Positions 29,721 through 38,625 of a stretch of DNA of 38,625 nt are shown here, in pieces. The DNA is from Planctomycetota bacterium. Its GTDB lineage: Bacteria; Planctomycetota; UBA8108; UBA1146. Under the pieces are notes generated by a model. That model did not search any database and had not been told where the DNA came from. It worked only from the letters and a program-made list of their open reading frames with translations. Both the position numbers and the translations under genes were made by a program. Location of the stretch: assembly GCA_050256555.1 (NCBI GenBank), contig JBBWWC010000145.1, positions 1-38,625 on the forward strand. Direction: 5' to 3'. Position 1 is the stretch's first letter, and the number at the start of each line of letters is the position of its first letter.

Positions 29721-29841
29721 CTTCCTCCTCTGACCTGACTCATGAGATGGACGGAGTATCCCCAAGCGGCAGGAAAGCCGCAAGGTGCCTCTTGGGCTTC
29801 CCGGTTGTCCCGACTACCCTGACGCTGACTTGAGGAGGCCG

Positions 29842-31617
29842 ATGAACATCACAATGCTCGCCATTGCTAGTGCTGTCGCACTGTGGCTCGGATATCGCTT
29901 CTACGGCCAGTGGGTGGCGACTCGCGTATTCGGTCTCGGCGAGATCGCCGATCAGCAGATGCCCAGTCATCAACTCGAGAATGGGGTCGATTTCGTGCCA
30001 ACGAAACGCTCCATCCTGTTTGGCCATCACTATGTGACGATTGCAGGAGCGGGCCCCATCGTCGGACCGGCAGTCGCCGTCACCTGGGGTTGGTTGCCGG
30101 CATTACTGTGGGTCGTATTCGGCGCCATCTTCATCGGAGCCGTACACGATCTGGGAGCGCTGGTACTCTCGGCAAGAAACCAGGGCCGCAGTATCGGCGA
30201 TCTATGTGCCGAAATTTTGTCGCCACGGGTTCGGCTACTATTTCTGATCTTCATCGCCCTGGCCTTGTGGGTGGTGCTGGCGGTGTTCGCATTCGTCATC
30301 GCCAGTTTGTTCGTCGCCCGTCCGGAGAGCATCCTGGCGGTGTGGATCGAAATCCCGCTGGCGATCTTTGTCGGCTGGCAACTGACACGTGGCAAATCGA
30401 TGGCGTTATGGGGTGGATTAGCCCTGATCGTGATGTACAGCTGCATCGGCATCGGCTCGAGCGACACCATGCGCTCCTTCTTTGCCTTCGACTGGGGTGG
30501 TGAAGAAAACTGGCTGGCACAAAACGCCAGTCTGTTCTGGTTGCTGATGTTGTTTGGCTACTCGTGGATCGCCAGCATTCTGCCAGTCCAGAAACTGCTG
30601 CAACCGCGCGATGCCATCAACTCGCATCAACTGTTTCTGGCTCTCGGCGCGCTGGTGACCGGATTACTGGTCATAACAGTGACCGGTGGACCACAACTGG
30701 AAGTGGTCGCCCCGGCCATCAATCCAGATCCTCCGATCGATGCCCCGCTCTTGTTTCCATTCTTATTCATCACCATCGCCTGTGGAGCTGTGAGTGGTTT
30801 TCATTGCATGGTCGCCAGCGGCACCACTTCCAAACAACTCTCCAGTGAAAAGGATGCCCGTAGCATCGGATTCGGTGCAATGATTCTGGAGGGTGGGCTC
30901 GCAGTGCTCGTCATTCTCTGTTGCGTCTCTGCTGCAGGATTTTCCAGTAGCGAAGAATGGGCCGCTCAGTACTCGGCAGACTGGGTCGGTAAGGGATCCC
31001 TGCTGGCCCGACTCTCAGGGTTCATTCACGGAGGCGCTGCTTTCATCAGCGCAGCACTTCCCTTCTTCTCTCTCGAGTTTCTTGCCACGGTCATCACTGT
31101 CGTCATCATCTCGTTTGCGGCCACCACGATGGATAGCGCCACTCGAATCCAGCGCTATGTCATCCAGGAACTGGCCGAAGCCACCGGCTTGAAGTTCATG
31201 TCTCATCGTCAGGTTGCGACTGCATTCGCTGTACTCTCCGCCGCAGCGCTGGCCCTGCTGGCAGGACAGGGGGGAAAGGGCGGCCTGGTGTTATGGCCCA
31301 TCTTCGGCGTCACCAATCAGCTACTGGCCAGTCTCACCCTGGTGGTTCTGACGACCTGGCAAGCCAGACGTGGTCGCCCCATCTTTCCGACACTGCTGCC
31401 TCTCGTCTTTCTCACCGCCACTGTCGGGTGGGCCGCCATCACCCAGATGCAAGGATTACTCGCAGCAGAAAAGATTGAGTGGCCACAGGTGGCTCTGCTC
31501 GGCTTCGGCATGCTGCTACAACTCTGGATGCTGGTTGAAGGTTTGCTTTGTATTCAACGTTCTCGAAGCGGCGAAAAAGATGGCCGCGTCGATCCGTCAG
31601 GAGTAGTTCACTCCTGA
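29842..31617 (+). CDS. cstA: Carbon starvation protein CstA family transporter
   Basis: GVDFVPT, FGHHYVTIAGAGPIVGP, ITIACGAVSGFH and LWPIFGVTNQLLA; ATG at 29842 after GAGGAGG. Confidence 0.92.
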   Translation: MNITMLAIASAVALWLGYRFYGQWVATRVFGLGEIADQQMPSHQLENGVDFVPTKRSILFGHHYVTIAGAGPIVGPAVAVTWGWLPALLWVVFGAIFIGAVHDLGALVLSARNQGRSIGDLCAEILSPRVRLLFLIFIALALWVVLAVFAFVIASLFVARPESILAVWIEIPLAIFVGWQLTRGKSMALWGGLALIVMYSCIGIGSSDTMRSFFAFDWGGEENWLAQNASLFWLLMLFGYSWIASILPVQKLLQPRDAINSHQLFLALGALVTGLLVITVTGGPQLEVVAPAINPDPPIDAPLLFPFLFITIACGAVSGFHCMVASGTTSKQLSSEKDARSIGFGAMILEGGLAVLVILCCVSAAGFSSSEEWAAQYSADWVGKGSLLARLSGFIHGGAAFISAALPFFSLEFLATVITVVIISFAATTMDSATRIQRYVIQELAEATGLKFMSHRQVATAFAVLSAAALALLAGQGGKGGLVLWPIFGVTNQLLASLTLVVLTTWQARRGRPIFPTLLPLVFLTATVGWAAITQMQGLLAAEKIEWPQVALLGFGMLLQLWMLVEGLLCIQRSRSGEKDGRVDPSGVVHS

Positions 31618-31619
31618 AA

Positions 31620-32588
31620 TCAACGCGAGCAGAAGCCTCGATGCTTCTGATAATAGTCCTGGTGGTATTCTTCAGCGCGCCAGAAGGTCGGAACCGGAGT
31701 GATGACCTGAGTGCAGAAGGTACGGCCGCCGAAGGCCCGGTCTTCTGCTAGCTTCTCCATCTCTTGCTCTACCTGCTCTACCTCATCTGCATCGTTACAG
31801 AAAACCACCGAACGATACTGACTGCCAACGTTGGGGCCCTGCTGATCAGGAGTGGTCGGATCATGCAATCCGAAGAATAGACAGGTCAGTTGCTGGAAGG
31901 ATACCTGTTGCGAATCGTAGTGAATCTCGACCGCCTCAGCATGCCCCGTCTCGCCACTACATACCTGCTCATAGGTAGGGTCTTCCACATGACCTCCCAT
32001 GTAACCGGAGATGACGTCAACGACGCCATCGAGGCTCGCAAAGCGATCCTCGACTCCCCAGAATCAGCCACCACCAAACCAGGCACGAGACAGTTGTCGA
32101 TCGGAACCAGTATCTTCCATCGGCTCGTCAGGAATTTCATGAGGGATCGATTGCCCTTCCGGATAGAAGTGCAATGCCATTGAATTGAGACAATGACGGG
32201 TACCCGTCGGTGGCGGTCCATCAGGGAAAACATGCCCCAGGTGCGCATCACAGCGAGCGCATGTGATCTCGATGCGAATCATGCCATGACTCTCATCGCT
32301 GTTTTGACGGACATGCTGCCGATCAAAGGTCTCGAAAAATGACGGCCAGCCGGTACCGGAGTCAAACTTGTGCTCCGACCGAAATAGTGGCAGCTGACAA
32401 ACAATACAGGCGTAGACACCGGGCTTCTTCTCGGCCAGATGGCCACCACAGAAAGGAGCTTCCGTACCGGATTTCTGGGTCACCTGATGCTGTTCTGGAG
32501 TCAAAGCTGCAACCAGCTTTTGATGCTGACCAGGAGTTGGTGGACTCAGTGGATAACCACTGACAGAGACTTCAGGTTCAGAAACCAT
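31620..32588 (-). CDS. msrBA: Bifunctional MsrB-MsrA methionine sulfoxide reductase with in-frame UGA (probable selenocysteine) at 32066-32064
   Basis: MsrB (CIVC, KFDSGTGWPSF, CARC, HLGHVF, RHCLNS) runs into AWFGGG-TGA-FWGVE and continues in frame to GYMGG...PTYEQVC...GHAEAV...QYRS...AEEYHQDY. Confidence 0.85.
32028..32054 (-). promoter_or_regulatory. Candidate bacterial SECIS hairpin
   Basis: GTCGAGG-A-TCGC-TTT-GCGA-G-CCTCGAT, starting at +10 after the UGA. The loop lacks the usual G. Confidence 0.5.
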
Positions 32589-32715
32589 GACATCCACCCT
32601 TCGCTCAGAATCTCTTTCGATGGCCACATCGAGCCGCCAACGATGGTACCCTCGGTTCCAACCGATCCCAAATGGAAGATTCATCGCTCAAAATCATGAG
32701 CAGATGGAGGTATGC

Positions 32716-33423
32716 GTGGAAGATACAGAAAACCCGGAAATACCGGCACAGGAACAAATCACCTGGGAACTGTTCCGCGATCGGTTCATCGCAGCCCTGG
32801 GACCTTTTGCGCCCGGCTTCGCACGTGAACAACTGGCCAGGCACGCATGGCTGGTTCGCGAAAAGAATCAGGTGATGAATCTGACCCGAGTGGTCGATCC
32901 CGAAGCGATGGCCATCCGGCACACGGCAGACTCGCTGGCTGCACTACCTCTGCTGGCAGAAGGCGGCGAGCAGATCTTCCATCACATTGTCGATCTCGGA
33001 ACGGGAGCCGGATGGCCCGGCCTTTCGATCGCCATCGCCTGCCCGCATCTCAAAGTGACCCTGCTCGACTCGACACGAAAAAAAGTCGATTTCCTTCAAA
33101 CGGTCGTCGATGACCTGGGCCTCCAGGATCGGGTGAACTGCGTCTGGGCTCGCTTCGAAAACTGGGCGAGAGAGCACCGCAAGAGTATCGATCTATTGAC
33201 CGTAAGAGCAGTCGGACCTGTTGATCGATTACTCGGCTGGTGCACCAATAATTATTTCGGCCCGATGTTGTTATGGAAGGGACCTGCCATCGACAAGGAA
33301 ATGAAGGAGGTCGAGGGCTTGATGTGGAAACGTCGCCTGTTCGTTGCTCTCGATGAACCGTATCAAATTCCTGGCGATGATGCAGTACGTCGACTGATTC
33401 TCATCGATCACCAGCGAAGTTAA
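32716..33423 (+). CDS. rsmG: 16S rRNA m7G527 methyltransferase
   Basis: MNLTR, RHTADSL, VDLGTGAGWPG, LLDSTRKKVDFL and VRAVG; GTG at 32716 after GGAGG. Confidence 0.92.
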   Translation: MEDTENPEIPAQEQITWELFRDRFIAALGPFAPGFAREQLARHAWLVREKNQVMNLTRVVDPEAMAIRHTADSLAALPLLAEGGEQIFHHIVDLGTGAGWPGLSIAIACPHLKVTLLDSTRKKVDFLQTVVDDLGLQDRVNCVWARFENWAREHRKSIDLLTVRAVGPVDRLLGWCTNNYFGPMLLWKGPAIDKEMKEVEGLMWKRRLFVALDEPYQIPGDDAVRRLILIDHQRS

Positions 33424-33624
33424 TTATTCCTGTTCTTTTCGAATGAAGTGCGCCCCACTTTGCGTCGAGCGATCACGGAACCAACCGATGATGGCTGCAA
33501 TTCCAGAAACACTGAGAATGAAAGCCAGCGCATATTGCAATATGTCCGGAAAATTAAAAATCACCAGTCCAGAAGCAAGCAATAAGATTCCCATGATCAG
33601 TTTTCCGTTAACAATAACTGTCAT
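33424..33624 (-). CDS. Small two-TM membrane protein (DUF3096-like)
   Basis: 66 aa; [31 protein letters not shown]; ATG 13 nt after the thiolase stop. Confidence 0.55.
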   Translation of the reverse strand: MTVIVNGKLIMGILLLASGLVIFNFPDILQYALAFILSVSGIAAIIGWFRDRSTQSGAHFIRKEQE

Positions 33625-33637
33625 CGATTCCCTCTCT

Positions 33638-34825
33638 TCAGGCAGTTTTCTCGACATCAATTTCGAGAGCCAGTCCCATGCCACCGCTGATACAAAGTGT
33701 CGCCAATCCCTTGCCGCCACCACGCCGCCGAAGCTCGTGTAAAAGCGTGGTCGTGATTCGAGCTCCGGTGGCACCGATCGGATGGCCGAGAGCGATGGCT
33801 CCCCCGTTGACGTTGAGACGTTCGCGATCGATCGGAAGCTCACGTAAACAGGCCAGAACCTGGGCAGCAAATGCTTCGTTCAACTCGACCAGATCATAAT
33901 CACTGATCTGACCACCATTTTTCGCCAGTAACTTATGAATGGCAGGAACCGGTCCGATGCCCATCCGTTCCGGTTCGACTCCTGCTCGCGCAGAGTCTCC
34001 CAGCGTCGCCAGAATCGGCCACCCTTCCTTCTTCGCCAGCGATTCATCGACGATGACCAGAGCACAGGCTCCATCGGTGATCCCTGATGAATTCCCCGCA
34101 TGAATCGATCCATCTTTCTTGAAGACCGGTTTCAAGCGCGCCATTCCCTCTAGATTCGCACCCGCTCTGGGATGTTCATCTGCCTCGACGACCGTCACAC
34201 CTTTACGGCCAGGAATCTCGACCGCTGCAATTTCTTGATGGAAATATCCCGCTTCTCGAGCTCGCTCGCAACGATGCTGACTCTCCACCGCATATGCGTC
34301 TTGTTCTTCTCGATCGATGGAAAACTCCTCCGCCAAATTCTCAGCGGTCGCCCCCATCAACTGGTCCGCTAACGGACAATGAAATCCATCGCGGTACATC
34401 CCATCGACCAGCTCTCCCTGGCCGAGACGGTACCCCTTACGCGCATCCAGAAGGTAGAACGGCAGTTGCGACATACTCTCTGTACCGCCAGCGATCATCA
34501 CCTGCGCATCTCCGCGCTCGATGGCATCACGAGCCTCAATGATCGAAAGAAGTCCAGAACCACATGCCATGTTGAGCGTGATGGCCGTCGAATGGCGCGA
34601 CATTCCAGAACGGATGGCAATCTGCCGTGCCACATTGGGACCACCTCCGGCTTGCCGACCGCATCCAAACCGCAGTTCATCGACCCGATCGGGTGAAATT
34701 CCTGCCGCCTTGAGCGCTGGTACCACCGCTGCAACACCAAGATCTGCCGGTGAAAGGGAAGATAAGCCGCCAAGAAACTTCCCGATGGGAGTTCGCTTGG
34801 CAGAGCAGATGACTGCACGGCTCAT
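33638..34825 (-). CDS. Acetyl-CoA C-acyltransferase (thiolase)
   Basis: [29 protein letters not shown] and CISGGMG. Confidence 0.95.
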   Translation of the reverse strand: MSRAVICSAKRTPIGKFLGGLSSLSPADLGVAAVVPALKAAGISPDRVDELRFGCGRQAGGGPNVARQIAIRSGMSRHSTAITLNMACGSGLLSIIEARDAIERGDAQVMIAGGTESMSQLPFYLLDARKGYRLGQGELVDGMYRDGFHCPLADQLMGATAENLAEEFSIDREEQDAYAVESQHRCERAREAGYFHQEIAAVEIPGRKGVTVVEADEHPRAGANLEGMARLKPVFKKDGSIHAGNSSGITDGACALVIVDESLAKKEGWPILATLGDSARAGVEPERMGIGPVPAIHKLLAKNGGQISDYDLVELNEAFAAQVLACLRELPIDRERLNVNGGAIALGHPIGATGARITTTLLHELRRRGGGKGLATLCISGGMGLALEIDVEKTA

Positions 34826-35973
34826 GACTGGGCTCCCGTCAGGGATCTGGATATCAAAATCTTCTGCAAATCCTCACCGCCCCCAAATGGCGCCACCGAT
34901 TGGACGTCTCGATAGGCGCGCTCGATGGGATATTCACGACTATAGCCATTCCCACCGAGAATCTGAACGGCATCTCGACAAGCCTGATAAGAAGCCTTCT
35001 TGGCCGCCAAGTTTGCCATCGCCGCTTCTCTACTGGGGGATTTTCCGGCATCGAAAAGACAGGCCGCACGCCAGAGCATCAGTCGAGCGCTTTCCACGGC
35101 GGTCGCCGCATCGGCGAGCATTGCTCGAATCGAACCGAAGCGATCAATCGAACGTCCAAAAGCGATCCGCTGCGACGAATAACTCATCGCATGACTGATC
35201 GCTCCACGCGCCACTCCCAGAGCCACGGCTGCACCACCAAGACGTGATTTATCAACGACTTTTGAGATGGTCGACCAACCAGAATCGCCCCTGGCCAACC
35301 GCGCTTCTCTGGCGATCTGAACTCCATCGAGTTGTAGATCACACAACCCTGCTCCTCGTAAACCGAGCAGATCTTTCAGTGGCTCACGTGAACACCCGGC
35401 CAACGAAGTATCGACGACGTAGGCACCCAGATCTTGGAGCTGCTCTTCTCCACTGCGCGCAATTACGGTAATCAATCCTGCCAGGCCACCACCGATCACC
35501 CATGTTTTGCGACCATGGAGCGAATAACCGTCAACTTCTTCACCAACGGTACATGTGATTCCAGCAGCATCGGATTCAGCTTCGATTTCCGCCAGGGCAA
35601 ACCCGGCGAGAGTCTCACCACTGGCAATCGCCGGCAGCCATTTTTCGCGCCCAGCATCATCTGCCAGATCAAGAATAGCACTGGAGCCCTCAAAAAGATG
35701 AGTCGCCAGTACAGCACCGGTCGATCCACAACAACGTGCGATTTCCTCGACCGCGAGACATGCTGCAAGTAGATCGAGGCCTGCTCCGCCATGTTCTTCC
35801 GGAATCGTGATTCCTAGCATTCCGAGCTCGGCAAGCGCAGTAATGGAACTGGTCGGAAACTCCTGGGATTCATCCAGTTGTTCTGCCTTGGAAGCAATCT
35901 CGTTATCAGCGAAATCCGCAATCATCTCTCGGACTTGCTGGTGGTGTTCTTCAAAACGAATCAAAATTTGCAC
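34822..35973 (-). CDS. Acyl-CoA dehydrogenase family protein lacking the canonical catalytic Glu
   Basis: PEEHGGAG, GRKTWV, RIAFGRSI and QILGGNGYSREYPIERAYRD; PFGGG occupies the IYEGT position. Confidence 0.85.
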   Translation of the reverse strand: MQILIRFEEHHQQVREMIADFADNEIASKAEQLDESQEFPTSSITALAELGMLGITIPEEHGGAGLDLLAACLAVEEIARCCGSTGAVLATHLFEGSSAILDLADDAGREKWLPAIASGETLAGFALAEIEAESDAAGITCTVGEEVDGYSLHGRKTWVIGGGLAGLITVIARSGEEQLQDLGAYVVDTSLAGCSREPLKDLLGLRGAGLCDLQLDGVQIAREARLARGDSGWSTISKVVDKSRLGGAAVALGVARGAISHAMSYSSQRIAFGRSIDRFGSIRAMLADAATAVESARLMLWRAACLFDAGKSPSREAAMANLAAKKASYQACRDAVQILGGNGYSREYPIERAYRDVQSVAPFGGGEDLQKILISRSLTGAQS

Positions 35974-36022
35974 CTTCCGTGGATCACATGATGCTGGCTG
36001 ACGATCTGTCGCACAGTCGGCC

Positions 36023-36991
36023 TCAAGAACCAGTGTCTTTCGTGTCAGGAGAAATCAGCTTCCCCAGGGCATCCTTGACAGTTATCTCGCCCTTCGAAAC
36101 AGCGACGGCCAGTTGCTCCAGGCTCTTCTGGCCCCCAACAGCTTCCAGACCACGTCGCACCCACTCCTGTTCCATCCGTCGCCGAATCCGCCGGAGGATT
36201 CGTGCTTGAACTCTTTGCGGATCAGGCGCTTCACGATGGGCGCGTGCCGCCTCCAGAAGAGTATCTGCTATCTGATCAATTCCGGTTCCATCCTGGCTGC
36301 TCACACTCAGCGGTTCAGGAGCTTGCTGATCCCTCGCAGCCTCCTCTGCCCAGCGCATCAATTCCTCAGCACCAGGCCGATCGCACTTATGGATCACCAC
36401 TCGATCGACGACTTCAAGAACTCCTGCTTTGAGAAGCTGAATCGCGTCACCTGATTCAGGGCTGAGCAATAGCCAGGCTTGATCTGCTTCTGCACCGATC
36501 TCCACTTCAAGCTGGCCAACTCCAACCGTCTCGATGATGACGATGTTAAATCCCGCACGACCAAGAACCTCGGCAGCAAGATCGGTACAACCGGCCACAC
36601 CATTGGTCGCTCCGCGACTGGCGATACTCCGGAACCAAGCATCCTCGCCCAGCTCTCCAGGCATTCGTGCACGATCTCCCAGCAATGCTCCGCCGGAAAG
36701 AGGACTGGTCGGGTCGATGGCCAGTACCGCAACACGTTGACCTTTTTCGATTAACTTCGGCACCAGTTTTGAGATGAGCGAAGATTTGCCGACTCCCGGT
36801 GCACCGGTCAAACCAATCCTGAAACTTCCGGGCAACTCCGGGAGACCTGCCAGCAACAAATCGGCCGCAGATTCATCTTCTTCGATAGCCGTGATGGCAC
36901 GTCCGAGATCACGTCTCGACCCACTCAGAATACCTGCGGCCAGTAGTTCGAGATCACCTGCTGACAAGTTACCTCCGAGCCGGTCGTACAT
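36023..36991 (-). CDS. meaB: MeaB/ArgK GTPase (B12 mutase chaperone)
   Basis: GLTGAPGVGKSS, AIDPTSPLSGGALLGDR, IETVGVGQ and LKAGVLE. Confidence 0.9.
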   Translation of the reverse strand: MYDRLGGNLSAGDLELLAAGILSGSRRDLGRAITAIEEDESAADLLLAGLPELPGSFRIGLTGAPGVGKSSLISKLVPKLIEKGQRVAVLAIDPTSPLSGGALLGDRARMPGELGEDAWFRSIASRGATNGVAGCTDLAAEVLGRAGFNIVIIETVGVGQLEVEIGAEADQAWLLLSPESGDAIQLLKAGVLEVVDRVVIHKCDRPGAEELMRWAEEAARDQQAPEPLSVSSQDGTGIDQIADTLLEAARAHREAPDPQRVQARILRRIRRRMEQEWVRRGLEAVGGQKSLEQLAVAVSKGEITVKDALGKLISPDTKDTGS

Positions 36992-38168
36992 GACGGGAGA
37001 TCACAAGTCGCTGGATCTGACTGGTTCCCTCATAAATCTCGGTGATCTTTGCATCTCGAAAGAGGCGCTCGACCGGGCTCTGTCGACCAAGGCCTGCGCC
37101 ACCATGTACCTCAAGAGCCATTCGAGCAGCATCATTGGCGATCTCGGAAGCACTCAATTTTGCCATCGAAGCTTCCCGTGAATGCGCAAGTCCAGAATCT
37201 TTGAGAAGCGCTGCACGTCTTGTCAGTAATCGAGAAGACTCGATCCGCAATGCCATGTCGGCAATCTTGTTGGAAACCAACTGATTGTCGGCAAGTTTCC
37301 TACCAAACATCAGATGCTCCTCGGCAAAACGAACCGTTTCATCGAGACAAGCCTGAGCAATACCAATCCCCTGGGTTGCGATACCGATCCGGCCACCGTC
37401 GAGAGTATGCATGGCAATCTTGAAACCCTGCCCCTCTTCACCAAGAAGATTCTGTGCCGGCACCCTCATCTCATCGAACACCAACTGAACGGTATCCGAA
37501 CCGCGAATACCAAGTTTCTTCTCTTTCTTTCCGACAGAGAATCCTGGCATCGATTTCTCGATCACGAACGCATTGATTCCACGCGATCGGAGAGAAGAAT
37601 CCATCGTCGCAAAAGTGACAATAATATCTGCATAAGACCCATTGGTAATCCACGCCTTGGTACCATTCAGCACCCACTCATCACCTTCTCGACGACAAGT
37701 GGTTTCGATCGAGGCGGCATCCGAACCATGATCTGGTTCAGTGATAGCGTAAGCACCGAGCTCCTTACCACTGGCAAGACGCGGGAAAAATCGGGCTTGT
37801 TGTTCTTTGGTACCGAAGTGCAGTAGCGGACTGGAAAGAAGCGAGTTGTGAACCGAAAGGGTTACACCTGTCGAAGCACAGCCCCGGTTAATCTCTTCCA
37901 GGGCGACGCAAAGCGCCAGGTTATCCAGACCCAGGCCACCGTATTCTTCCGGAGCCAGGATTCCCATGAAACCAAGATCTGCCAACCGCGCAACGCTGCT
38001 GGCAGGATAGCTTTCCTCGCGATCATGTTGATCGGCAGCAGGAATCAATATCTCGTTAGCAAACTCTCGAGCGACCTGCTGCAACTCATGATGTTTCTCG
38101 GGAAGAGAAGATCCGAGCATCGCCCCCAGGAGACCTTCGAGATCCGTGTCTTGGCCCTCTTCAAGCAT
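36969..38168 (-). CDS. Acyl-CoA dehydrogenase (short-chain/butyryl-CoA type)
   Basis: AITEPDHGSD, NGTKAWITNG, KLGIRGS, LDGGRIGIA and KITEIYEGTSQIQR. Confidence 0.93.
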   Translation of the reverse strand: MLEEGQDTDLEGLLGAMLGSSLPEKHHELQQVAREFANEILIPAADQHDREESYPASSVARLADLGFMGILAPEEYGGLGLDNLALCVALEEINRGCASTGVTLSVHNSLLSSPLLHFGTKEQQARFFPRLASGKELGAYAITEPDHGSDAASIETTCRREGDEWVLNGTKAWITNGSYADIIVTFATMDSSLRSRGINAFVIEKSMPGFSVGKKEKKLGIRGSDTVQLVFDEMRVPAQNLLGEEGQGFKIAMHTLDGGRIGIATQGIGIAQACLDETVRFAEEHLMFGRKLADNQLVSNKIADMALRIESSRLLTRRAALLKDSGLAHSREASMAKLSASEIANDAARMALEVHGGAGLGRQSPVERLFRDAKITEIYEGTSQIQRLVISRHVRPARR

Positions 38169-38184
38169 CGGCTACCTCTTCTTC

Positions 38185-38625
38185 TCAGGAATAATCGTAG
38201 AAACCGCGACCACTCTTACGACCCAGGTCTCCGGCCGCAACCATACGCCTTAGTAACGGGCACGGACGATATTTCGGATCACCCAGTTCGCGATGCAGTA
38301 CTTCGAGGATGTTCAGGCAGACATCGAGTCCGATGAAATCAGAAAGTGCGAGCGGGCCCATCGGATGCCCCATCCCCAGTTTCATCACCTCATCAATCGA
38401 CTCTCGACTCGCAACACCTTCCATCAGTGCAAAGAAAGCTTCGTTGATCATCGGTGCAAGTATGCGATTCGCCACAAAACCGGGATAATCAGCCGCTTCC
38501 CACGGCTCCTTACCCAATCTTCGTGAAAGCTCGAGCGTCGCCTCGACCACATGATCAGAACTGAGATGACCTCGGATCACCTCGACCAGTTTCATCATTG
38601 GAACTGGATTCATGAAGTGCATACC
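38185..38625 (-). CDS. hbd: 3-hydroxybutyryl-CoA dehydrogenase (5' part outside the window)
   Basis: [30 protein letters not shown] and GLDV. Confidence 0.92.
   Translation of the reverse strand, partial: GMHFMNPVPMMKLVEVIRGHLSSDHVVEATLELSRRLGKEPWEAADYPGFVANRILAPMINEAFFALMEGVASRESIDEVMKLGMGHPMGPLALSDFIGLDVCLNILEVLHRELGDPKYRPCPLLRRMVAAGDLGRKSGRGFYDYS

Noticed and set aside
31620-32000. Stand-alone truncated msrA or msrA pseudogene
   Set aside because: It is the in-frame continuation of msrB across a UGA at the catalytic position with no other lesions. Recoding is the better explanation, though unproven.
22511-34825. Similar DNA in the two thiolase genes as a repeat element
   Set aside because: Ordinary paralog similarity limited to conserved motifs.

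Overview
Gene-dense bacterial chromosomal segment of moderate-high GC. The gene set suggests a Planctomycetota/PVC-like organism, but this is inference only. No rRNA, tRNA, CRISPR array or mobile element was recognised. Most genes are housekeeping or metabolic: miaB (partial), ubiB-like kinase, phasin-like protein, PLP aminotransferase, MA-type metallopeptidase, rqcH, ndk, a sigma54 enhancer-binding protein, an RpoD-like sigma factor, a FabZ-like protein, a methyltransferase, hutH, ETF-QO, leuA-like, ygfZ, leuB, two thiolases, crotonase, a multi-domain PPIase, DMT, ActP+DUF4212, cstA, msrBA, rsmG, two acyl-CoA dehydrogenases, meaB and hbd (partial). Five observations stand out. (1) A terminator-bounded two-gene module encodes a coiled-coil protein and an actin-fold ATPase resembling haloarchaeal volactin rather than MreB or FtsA. 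(2) An MsrB-MsrA fusion has an in-frame UGA exactly at the MsrA catalytic Cys, followed by a SECIS-like hairpin, so it is probably a selenoprotein split by ORF callers. (3) A candidate ~90-nt sigma54-dependent C-rich sRNA lies at 3185-3275. (4) A sigma54-type promoter sits between the enhancer-binding protein gene and the RpoD-like gene. (5) Several proteins look like pseudo-enzymes or have unusual domain architectures.
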